DNA of 32,000 nucleotides from Cupriavidus necator (GTDB lineage: Bacteria > Pseudomonadota > Gammaproteobacteria > Burkholderiales > Burkholderiaceae): contig NZ_CP066018.1 of the NCBI RefSeq assembly GCF_016127575.1, forward strand, positions 3,660,001-3,692,000. Reading direction: 5' to 3'. Each line of letters starts with the position of its first letter. Position 1 is the stretch's first letter. Made by a program: the position numbers and the translations under genes. Positions 1-6,911 of this stretch are shown in pieces. Under the pieces are notes generated by a model that had not been told where the DNA came from, did not search any database, and saw only the letters and a program-made list of their open reading frames with translations.

Positions 1-87
1 AAGTCAAAGCCCGCCAAGCTGCTGGCCGTGTTTATCGTGGACAGCGGCGAAAAGGACCTGACCACTTACGAAAGGAGCGCGAAATGA
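1..87 (+). CDS. 3' end of an ORF entering from upstream (last 28 codons; possibly cupin-type)
   Basis: Frame 1 is open from the window edge (KSKPAKLLAVFIVDSGEKDLTTYERSAK*). TGA 85-87 overlaps ATG 84-86 of the next gene (ATGA). The tail resembles the C-terminal strand of the cupin remnant at 5839-6117, but 28 aa is too short to prove this. Confidence 0.3.
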   Translation, partial: KSKPAKLLAVFIVDSGEKDLTTYERSAK

Positions 88-539
88 GACTGGACTACAC
101 AAAGGCCGCCCCGGGTGGCGTGAAGGCATTCGGCAGTGTCTACGGCTACGTCATGCAGTCCGGACTCGATGATGTCCTGGTGGAGCTGGTCTACCTGCGT
201 GTCAGCCAGATCAACGGCTGCGCCTACTGCCTTGACATGCACACGCGAGACCTGGTGAAGAGGGGCGTGTCGGTCGGCAAGCTCGCGCTCGTGCAGGTCT
301 GGCACGAAGCGGGCGCCCTCTTCAGTGACCGCGAGAAGGCCGCACTGGCGTGGGCCGAGACCGTGACCCGCGTTTCCGAGACACATGTCCCGGACGACGC
401 ATTTGGAGCGGCCTCTGCCGTCTTCAGTGAAAAGGAACTCGCTGACCTGACCATGGCGATCAGTCTGATGAATGCATTCAACCGCCTCGCCATCAGCTTC
501 CGCCGTGCGCCGCAAGTCGAGGGCCAGGGCGACGCATGA
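84..539 (+). CDS. carboxymuconolactone decarboxylase / AhpD-like family protein
   Basis: 151-aa ORF with an AhpD-core CxxC motif (QINGCAYCLDMH). AAGGAG at 72-77 lies 6 nt before the ATG. ATGA start/stop overlaps with both neighbours. Confidence 0.85.
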   Translation: MRLDYTKAAPGGVKAFGSVYGYVMQSGLDDVLVELVYLRVSQINGCAYCLDMHTRDLVKRGVSVGKLALVQVWHEAGALFSDREKAALAWAETVTRVSETHVPDDAFGAASAVFSEKELADLTMAISLMNAFNRLAISFRRAPQVEGQGDA

Positions 540-1498
540 CCGGGCCGTCGGTCGCGGGACAGGGCCAGCTCGCTGGCCCTGCTTCGCCGACGCAGATTTT
601 GAGACGCCACTTTCACTACCATTTTCAAGCTATTGGCATGCTCTACCCCGAACTGTTCAAATCGTTGGAAGCGGTCCGCTGGCACATGGACAAGGACATC
701 CCCTGGGACACCTTCGACGCCAGCCTGCTGACAGACGACCAGGCCAAGACCATCCGCATGAACGCGATCACGGAATGGTCGGCCCTGCCCGCCACCGAGA
801 TGTTCCTGCGCGACAACCGCCACGATTCCGACTTTTCGGCGTTCATGAGCATCTGGTTCTTCGAGGAGCAGAAGCACTCGCTGGTGCTGATGGAGTACCT
901 GCACCGTTTCCGCCCGGACCTGGTGCCGACCGAGGAAGAGCTGCATGCGGTGCGCTTCGAATTCGACCCGGCGCCGCCGCTGGAAACGCTGATGCTGCAT
1001 TTTTGCGGCGAGATCCGCCTGAACCACTGGTACCGCCGTGCCGCCGAATGGCACTCGGAACCGGTGATCAAGCATATCTACCGTACCCTGTCGCAGGACG
1101 AAGCCCGCCACGGCGGCGCCTACCTGCGCTACATGAAGAAATACCTGGCCCAGTTCGGCGACACCGCGCGCGCCGCGTTTGCCAAGATCGGCGTGTTGAT
1201 GGCATCGGCGCGGCGCACCGAAAAACCGCTGCACCCGACCAGCCTGCACGTCAACAAGGCGCTGTTCCCCAACGACACCGTGCAGTCGCGCCTGCCCGAC
1301 CCGGACTGGCTGGGAAAATGGCTGGACGAGCAGATCCGCTTCGACGAAGGCTGGGAGAAGAAGGTCATCGAACGGATCCTGCACAATATGTCGCTGCTGT
1401 TCGAGCGCACCTTTGAAAGCGTGCAGGACCTGAACCGCTACCGCAGGGAGCTGGGGAAGCCGCAACAGGACGCGCGCGATGCTGCATTTCCCCACTAG
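536..1498 (+). CDS. ferritin-like di-iron carboxylate protein (desaturase/R2-like four-helix-bundle fold), function unknown
   Basis: 320-aa ORF with two E...ExxH pairs (TEMF...FFEEQKH and CGEIRL...QDEARH), typical of di-iron carboxylate proteins. ATG 536 overlaps the CMD stop (ATGA). An alternative start at ATG 638 (MLYPELF) is possible because the codons just before it are unusually A/T-ending. Confidence 0.75.
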   Translation: MTGPSVAGQGQLAGPASPTQILRRHFHYHFQAIGMLYPELFKSLEAVRWHMDKDIPWDTFDASLLTDDQAKTIRMNAITEWSALPATEMFLRDNRHDSDFSAFMSIWFFEEQKHSLVLMEYLHRFRPDLVPTEEELHAVRFEFDPAPPLETLMLHFCGEIRLNHWYRRAAEWHSEPVIKHIYRTLSQDEARHGGAYLRYMKKYLAQFGDTARAAFAKIGVLMASARRTEKPLHPTSLHVNKALFPNDTVQSRLPDPDWLGKWLDEQIRFDEGWEKKVIERILHNMSLLFERTFESVQDLNRYRRELGKPQQDARDAAFPH

Positions 1499-1660
1499 CA
1501 CGCTGATTTTCATACGAAGCCAGCAGCGTGTGACAGAAACGGGGGCCGTGAGCGCGAAGGCAGGCCTGCGAAGCAAGCGGCTCGCAGAGTGCCGGTGCGA
1601 ATCGCTTCCACGGTTTGCCGCGGTCCTGCAGATGCGGGGTAGTGTCCAAGCGCGACCGCG

Positions 1661-2135
1661 TCAGCATCCTGCCGGCACGATGCGCCAGGTACGCGGCCCG
1701 CTTTCGTGGACACTGTTGCCGCCGGCATCCACGGCGACAACCACGGGCAGGTTCTCCACATCGAACTCGTAGATGGCTTCCATGCCGAGATCGCCAAACG
1801 CAAGGACACGCGAGAACCTGACCGCCTTGGAGATCAGATAGGCAGCCCCACCGGTTGCTGCCAGATAGACGCAGCCGTTCTTCACGATCGCGCTGATCGC
1901 CTCCGGCCCGCGCTCGGCATTGCCGATCATGCCGAGCAAGCCGGTGGAAGCCAGCATGCGCCCGGCAAACTTGTCCATCCGTGTGGATGTGGTCGGGCCG
2001 CAAGGGCCTACTACCTCGTCACGCACAGGATCGGCGGGCCCGACGTAGTAGATCATGCGATTGCGGAACTCCATCGGCAAGGGCTGGCCACGCGCGAGCA
2101 TGTCGTCGATCCGCTGTGCGCGGCATCGCGTCCGG
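1661..2135 (-). pseudogene. Fe-S hydro-lyase beta subunit (class I fumarate hydratase / tartrate dehydratase TtdB-like), cut at the IS boundary
   Basis: ORF 1661-2101 (..MIYYVGPADP..GPCGPTTSTRMDKF..GMIGNAERGPEAI..VYLAATGGAAYL..) matches the beta/C-terminal domain of FumA/TtdB-type enzymes. The frame stays open upstream to 2135 (..TRCRAQRIDDMLARGQPLP..), where the IS inverted repeat begins. About 40 N-terminal residues and any alpha-subunit gene are absent. Confidence 0.7.
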
Positions 2136-2207
2136 TGGTATTCCCCCCGTAAAGTAAGCCTCGCGGGAAGTAGAATTTTCTAGCAGCGGTACCTTAGGAA
2201 ATTTTGC

Positions 2208-2474
2208 ATGAAGACCCCCCGATTCACGGACAGCCAGATCATCGCCATCTTGAAACAGACCGAAGCCGGTACGCCGGTTCCGGAGCTCTGTCGGGAACAT
2301 GGCATGAGTAGCGCCAGTTTTTACAAATGACGAGCCAAGTATGGCGGCATGGATGCAGCGCTAATGACCCGGATGAAGGAACTGGAAGCCGAGAATGCCC
2401 GCCTCAAGAAGATGTATGCCGAGGAGCGCCTGAAGGCGGATGTCCTGAAGGAAGCCATCGAGAAAAAGTGGTAA
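2208..2474 (+). pseudogene. IS3-family transposase OrfA inactivated by a nonsense codon
   Basis: MKTPRFTDSQIIAILKQTEAGTPVPELCREHGMSSASFYK*RAKYGGMDAALMTRMKELEAENARLKKMYAEERLKADVLKEAIEKKW*. The TGA at 2328-2330 sits where the family has a conserved Trp (FYKWR), so this looks like TGG>TGA. Confidence 0.85.
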
Positions 2475-3298
2475 GGCCATCTCACCGACATGAGATGGCC
2501 ATGCGTGCAGTGCGAGAACGCGCTCTGACGGTCAAGACAGCCTCTCGCAGCTTTCGGCGTGAGCGAGACGTGCTACCGGTATCAGGCCAAGAGCTCGGCG
2601 GAGGACGAGGTCATCGCCGATTGGCTGGTCAAGCTGACGCACAACCAGCGTAATTGGGGCTTCGGTCTGTGCTTCCTCTACCTGCGCAACGTCAAAGGCT
2701 TCGGCTGGAACCACAAGCCTTCGTCTATCGCATCTACCGGCAGTTGGAGTTGAACCTGCGCATCAAGCCCCGAAAGCGGCTGGTGCGTGAGCAGCCCGAA
2801 CCGTTGGCAGTGCCATTGGCGCTGAACGAAAGCTGGTCGATGGACTTCATGCACGACCAGTTGGCCGACTGGCCGCAGCATCCGGCTGTTCAATGTCATT
2901 GACAACTTCAACCGAGAGGGTCTGTGCATCGACGAGGACTTCCCGCTGCCGTCACCACGAGTGATCCGCGCCCTGGATCAGGTCATCGAGTGGCGAGGGC
3001 CGCCGCAGGCGATTCGGTGCGACAACGGCCCGGAGTATGTCAGCGAAGCGCTGAAGGACTGGGCAGACAAGCGGGGAATCCGGTTGCAGTTCGTCCAGCC
3101 GGGCAAGCCTCAACAGAACGCCTATATCGAGCGGTACAACCGGACCGTGCGGTATGACTGGCTGGCGCATTTCCTGTTCGAAACCGTCGCCGAGGTCCGG
3201 GAGTACGCGACAAATGGCTATGGTCCTACAATCACGAACGCCCGAATATGGCGCTTGGTCGCATCACACCGAAACAACGATCGGCCAACTTGGCCTAG
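2466..3298 (+). pseudogene. IS3-family transposase OrfB (DDE) with several frameshifts
   Basis: The homology changes frame repeatedly. VVRPSHRHEMAMRAV shifts near 2530 to AAFGVSETCYRYQAK..GFGWNHK. That shifts near 2715 to VYRIYRQLELNLRIKP..WSMDFMHDQLAD. An extra T at 2870 then leads to GRSIRLFNVIDNFNREG..YIERYNRTVRYDWLAHFLFETVAEVREYAT. A shift near 3214 leads to KWLWSYNHERPNMALGRITPKQRSANLA*, with the stop at 3296-3298. Confidence 0.8.
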
Positions 3299-3340
3299 CC
3301 TCTACTTCCAGCGACCGCTAGAAATGGGGGAATACCCTAC

Positions 3341-3660
3341 CGGCTCGAATGCGCGTTCGAGTCGCGCCGCACGATCCGACAGCCATTGGACAACCTGCAC
3401 ACCGTAGCCGGCCGGCGTCCAAAGACATGTAAGCTCGTCAGGAATCGGATACTTGCACAGGTTGTGGCAAGCAAGCTTCAGTTGCAGTGGTCGCCTGAGC
3501 AAGTTGCAGGCTGGCTCAAGCACGCATATGCGGTCAACAAGGGCTACCAGGTGTCACACGAGACGATCTATCGTAGCCTCTACATACAGGCCCGCGGTGC
3601 GCTGAAGAAGGAACTGCTGGAACACCTGAGGCGCTGCCGGAGCTGTTGCCGCACGCGTGT
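3341..3660 (+). pseudogene. IS30-family transposase, N-terminal/middle fragment
   Basis: A single open frame reads ..GRRPKTCKLVRNRILAQVVASKLQLQWSPEQVAGWLKHAYAVNKGYQVSHETIYRSLYIQARGALKKELLEHLRR... This is the conserved region preceding the DDE domain of IS30-type transposases. Similarity fades after HLRR (about 3640-3660) and no DDE part follows. Confidence 0.7.
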
Positions 3661-3766
3661 CCTTCAATGCCATCGTTGTCACCAGCGTGCCAGTCGTCAC
3701 GACCAGTACCCCACCTGCCAATAGCCATCGCCGCCTGCCGGCCCGGCCGTTCTGTCTGTCTGCCAT
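3629..3766 (-). pseudogene. possible 5' remnant of a membrane-anchored protein gene cut by the IS30 fragment
   Basis: ATG 3766 begins MADRQNGRAGRRRWLLAGGVLVVTTGTLVTTMALKDTRAATAPAAP, a basic N-terminus plus one TM helix. Beyond about 3650 the frame runs antisense through IS30 sequence. Confidence 0.2.
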
Positions 3767-3850
3767 GCTCTGCTGCCCAATCCGTCCATTAGTTCATCGG
3801 TGATTCGTCCGGCAGCGCGTCGCGCGCCTGCCGGGATTCCCTGCTCGGCT

Positions 3851-5044
3851 TCAGTTGGCCGAACCGGGTGTGGCGGCGACCACGCCGGCCGGTCCCGCTT
3901 GCGGCCGCGCGATCCGCTGCCGCGCCCATTCGGCGACAAACAGTGCCACCGCCAGAAAGACCGCACCCACGAGACCAAGGGCATGACGGTCGAACGAGGC
4001 GATAGCCGCGCCGCCGATGACGCCTGACATCGATACGCCAACGTAGATCGCCGCCGAGTTCAGCCCCAACAGCAGCGGCGAGGCAGCCGGCGTGATGCTG
4101 ATAAGCCGGTGCTGCTGCGGGACCAGCACGCCCCAGCCGCACACGCCCCAGACGATCAGCGCGGGGACCGCGGTCACCAGCGATGCCGACGTCAGCGGCA
4201 ACAGGGCGAAGTCGATGACCAGCACGGCGATGGCCGCGTTGATGATGCGGCGGCTGCCGTAGCGGTCGGTCAGGCCGCCCGCGGCAAGATTGCCGACGGT
4301 GGCCGCCACGCCCCACAGCAGCAGCAAGGCCGCCAGCACGAGCGGGTCACCGCCAGTGGCACGGTCGAAGCTCAGGCCGATGTAGGTGTAGACGAGGAAG
4401 AGGCCCGCATAGATCATCCAGGTCGTCAGCAGCGTCAACAGCACGCGAGTGTCCGCCAGCGGTGCAAGGCGGCGCGACAGGCTGATGGCCGGCGGCGTCG
4501 GGATCTCCGGCAGGCGCCACGCTACGCCCAGCCCGGCCAGCGTGCCGACGGCGGCCACGAACCACATCGTCGCGCGCCAGTCCAGCGCGCCGCCGATGAA
4601 GGTGCCCAGCGGCGCACCCAGCGCCGTTGCACTGGACAGACCGCCGATCACGATGGCCAGCGCGCGCCCGCGCTGCTCCGGCGGCACCAGCGACGCGCCA
4701 GTGGCCGTCGCGGTCGGGCTGAACATGGCGGCGCCAAGGCCCGCGATGAGCCGGCTGGCCAGCACGAGCTCGATATTCGGCGCCACAGCGGTCACCACGT
4801 TACCCACCACGAACACCGCAAGCCCCGTGAGCAGCAACCGCTTGCGTGGCCAGTTCGCTGCCGCCGCAGCGATGACCGGTGACAGCAGCGCATAGCTGAT
4901 CGCGTACAGCGTCACCATCTGGCCGGCCAGCGCCACCGATACGCCAAGCGAAGCCGAAACCTGCGACAGCACGCCAGCCACCACGAAGCTGTCCGTGCCA
5001 ATCGCGAACATGCCGCTGGCCAGAACGATCAGACGTTTATCCAT
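3851..5044 (-). CDS. MFS transporter (DHA1-like, 12 predicted TM segments)
   Basis: Track ORF 3851-5101. The preferred start is ATG 5044 (MDKRLIVLASGMFAIGTDSFVVAGVL..), with GAGGA 7 nt upstream. It shows a continuous hydrophobic multi-helix pattern and a basic loop (WPRKRLLLTG). Divergent from the HxlR gene. Confidence 0.85.
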   Translation of the reverse strand: MDKRLIVLASGMFAIGTDSFVVAGVLSQVSASLGVSVALAGQMVTLYAISYALLSPVIAAAAANWPRKRLLLTGLAVFVVGNVVTAVAPNIELVLASRLIAGLGAAMFSPTATATGASLVPPEQRGRALAIVIGGLSSATALGAPLGTFIGGALDWRATMWFVAAVGTLAGLGVAWRLPEIPTPPAISLSRRLAPLADTRVLLTLLTTWMIYAGLFLVYTYIGLSFDRATGGDPLVLAALLLLWGVAATVGNLAAGGLTDRYGSRRIINAAIAVLVIDFALLPLTSASLVTAVPALIVWGVCGWGVLVPQQHRLISITPAASPLLLGLNSAAIYVGVSMSGVIGGAAIASFDRHALGLVGAVFLAVALFVAEWARQRIARPQAGPAGVVAATPGSAN

Positions 5045-5108
5045 GTGAATGTCCTCTGCGGCACATCGAGCCGCGCGTTGGGAAATCGTGACGGGACGCA
5101 TCCCACAA

Positions 5109-5158
5109 AAGTTTCTTGATGAAACTTACGATAGCTCATTGAGTTGCTTCATGCAACT
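5109..5158. promoter_or_regulatory. two related palindromes in the MFS/HxlR divergent promoter (candidate HxlR operators)
   Basis: AAGTTTC-TTGAT-GAAACTT (5109-5127) and AGTTGC-TTCAT-GCAACT (5142-5158) lie in an AT-rich island between the divergent starts 5044 and 5202. Confidence 0.45.
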
Positions 5159-5201
5159 TTCTCGTCTAGGATGAGTGTTATGTAACGCAAGACGTCCGCT
5201 T

Positions 5202-5696
5202 ATGCACCGCAAGACTTTCACAGGGATGAACTGCTCCGTGGCTGGCGCGCTGGAGCAGGTCGGCGAATGGTGGAGCCTGCTCATCGTGCGAGAGTGCATG
5301 ATGGGCACTACGCGCTTTGACGACTTCCAGCAGCGCCTGGGTATCGCTCGAAATGTGCTCGCCACGCGGCTGAACACCCTAATTGAGCACGGGGTGCTGG
5401 CGAAGGTGATCGCCGAGGGCGCGGAACGGCGCACCGAGTACCGGCTGACGGAAAAGGGCGAGGCGCTCTATCCTGTCATCGCGGGGTTGATGCAATGGGG
5501 CGATAAATGGTGCACCCAACGCACGCCCATCCGCCTCGTCGAGGACAGCACCGGCGAACCGGTCGAACCGGTCGCATTGCGCGTGGGTCCCCGCACGCTG
5601 GGCTTGCGCGACGTCCGCCTGGAACCCGGCGACGGCGCGACCGAGCGAACGGCTGAGATCATCGACGCCCGCAACAAGTCCATTCTCGGCAAGTAA
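5202..5696 (+). CDS. HxlR-family transcriptional regulator with a C-terminal extension
   Basis: CSVAGALEQVGEWWSLLIVRECMMGTTRFDDFQQRLGIARNVLATRLNTLIEHGVL..YRLTEKGEAL is an HxlR winged helix. The start is ambiguous (GTG 5175, ATG 5202 or ATG 5226). About 55 residues follow the core domain. Confidence 0.85.
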   Translation: MHRKTFTGMNCSVAGALEQVGEWWSLLIVRECMMGTTRFDDFQQRLGIARNVLATRLNTLIEHGVLAKVIAEGAERRTEYRLTEKGEALYPVIAGLMQWGDKWCTQRTPIRLVEDSTGEPVEPVALRVGPRTLGLRDVRLEPGDGATERTAEIIDARNKSILGK

Positions 5697-5838
5697 ACCC
5701 GATCACGCATCGCTTGTCGCGGCGCTGCCAGAACCCGCGCAAATGGCGCGTTCCGGCTTGCGGAAGGGAATTGCTACGTGCTGAAGTACCTGTCAACGAA
5801 TTCACGACGGCCCGGCCGGCCAGCTGGCTTCCCCTGCC

Positions 5839-6117
5839 CTACTTGCCCGGCACCACGAGAGGGGCGCCCTTCGTGACGATATAAGACGCGAGTTCCGAAG
5901 CCTCGCCGCTTCCAACATTCCTGGCCGAATGCGGCGTGCCTGCCGGAATGAAAAGCGAATCCCCCGCCTTCAGCGTGACCGGCTTCTGGTCGCCAAGCTG
6001 GTACTCAAGGGTTCCCTTCAGCACGTGGGCGATCTCTTCGCCGGGGTGCGAGTGCTTCGGCGCGAAGGCGCCCGGATCAAAGTCGACGCGGACCTGAATG
6101 GCTTCGCGGCCCGAGGG
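5839..6117 (-). pseudogene. cupin-domain protein, 5'-truncated
   Basis: The frame reads *PSGREAIQVRVDFDPGAFAPKHSHPGEEIAHVLKGTLEYQLGDQKPVTLKAGDSLFIPAGTPHSARNVGSGEASELASYIVTKGAPLVVPGK*. Both cupin motifs are present, but there is no N-terminus: an upstream stop lies at 6118-6120 and the gene abuts the IS30 fragment. Track ORF 5839-6024 begins at an internal GTG. Confidence 0.6.
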
Positions 6118-6480
6118 TCACAGAAGTAGACCTGGATATCCGTGGCCACGGTAAAGCGCTTGTGATCGGCCATCTCTTTTCCGTGATCCCACGTCAGCGA
6201 TTTGTAGAGCTCCTGGGGCAGTTTGCGCACATGCTTGATGAGTGCATTGACGACTGTCTCGCTGTCTTTGCTGGCGACCTTCACCAGCATCACAAACCTC
6301 GTCTGACGCTCGACCAAGGTGGGCCTATCTTCTATCGCCTGCCGAGGATCTGGCCGGCTTGCGCAGCCGCGCAATCGTCGCGGCATTCCTCGCAACGGGT
6401 ATTACAGCGGGGGAAGCGCGAGCAGCGCGTTGAGAGATCTGATCGCAGATGCGAACCCGCCCTATTTTTTGTGTCGGCGC
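6111..6480 (-). pseudogene. IS30-family transposase, DDE-domain fragment (truncated and internally degraded)
   Basis: TLVERQTRFVMLVKVASKDSETVVNALIKHVRKLPQELYKSLTWDHGKEMADHKRFTVATDIQVYFCDPR (6111 to about 6320) is the catalytic core of IS30-type transposases and ends abruptly after YFCDPR. The region 6330-6480 shows only weak, frame-changing similarity (..RASRAPTQK.., ..RPDPRQAIEDR..) and lacks the expected AVPGHWEGD block. Confidence 0.7.
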
Positions 6481-6871
6481 ACGGGATGCGCGCACGGTTC
6501 ACCTCGCCGACTTCGCGATACCTGTACTGCGGACTTGGTGTGCCCGCCGCTCGATCCTCCCCGTCGAGGGCGACCTACTTTTCACGCTCACCCCCGATGG
6601 TCGACCGATCAGCGACATGAGCTTCGGTCGGATCGTGGCCACCGCACTTGCCGCAATGGGGTTCTCCGGTGCAGAGCCAAGCCCCCGCACGTTGCGCAAT
6701 ACCTTCTGCCGGCGCCATCTCCTGGCAGGCAGCTCACGTGATGAGGTCAGCCGCATGTTGGGGCTAGCCAGCCATCGCACTTGTGACCGAATTGCTGCGA
6801 CGCTGCCGGCAGAGGAGGAGCCAATGCACCAAAATAGCTCGCCTGACGCGCCAGCAAAGGCCGAGGAATAA
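6480..6871 (+). pseudogene. tyrosine recombinase (phage-integrase family) C-terminal remnant, catalytic residues lost
   Basis: ..TVHLADFAIPVLRTW..LLFTLTPDGRPISDMSFGRIVATALAAMGFSGAEPSPRTLRNTFCRRHLLAGSSRDEVSRMLGLASHRTCDRI.. follows the C-terminal layout sPHtLRHtf...LGHas..tt..Y. However, it has His>Asn, His>Leu and no Tyr, and the N-terminal two thirds is absent. Confidence 0.55.
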
Positions 6872-6890
6872 GGAATATCATGGATATTCC
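6872..6890. repeat. perfect AT-rich palindrome GGAATATC-ATG-GATATTCC at the junction of two gene remnants
   Basis: Read directly: 8-bp arms with a 3-nt spacer, immediately after the integrase-remnant stop (6869-6871) and before the truncated kinase 3' end (6912). Confidence 0.6.
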
Positions 6891-6911
6891 ACTGGACACT
6901 GTGAAGGTCAT

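Larger units (their letters stand above)
2136..3339 (+). mobile_element. degenerate IS3-family insertion sequence (IS407-group-like), about 1.2 kb
   Basis: Terminal perfect 11-bp inverted repeat GGTATTCCCCC (2137-2147) / GGGGGAATACC (3326-3336). orfA is followed by a -1-frame orfB carrying DDE-core blocks (WSMDFMHDQ, AIRCDNGPEYVS, QPGKPQQNAYIERYNRTVRYDW). An A5G slippery run at 2463-2468 sits at the orfA/orfB junction. Exact outer ends are uncertain by 1-3 bp. Confidence 0.85.

Noticed and set aside
224-1576. 450-aa minus-strand ORF spanning the CMD and di-iron genes
   Set aside because: It is antisense to two ORFs that have clear family motifs. It is Arg/Ala/Pro/Gly-rich, as expected for open antisense frames in high-GC DNA, and it has no recognisable motif or RBS.
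3344-3480. Minus-strand frame that, if the IS407-like element is removed with one CCGG, continues the hydro-lyase gene (..LSNGCRIVRRDSNAH..)
   Set aside because: Above about 3400 the same DNA is unambiguously IS30 transposase on the plus strand, contiguous with WSPEQVAGWL and SHETIYRSLYIQARG. The minus-strand resemblance is short and gapped. I could not decide the 3344-3400 portion by eye.
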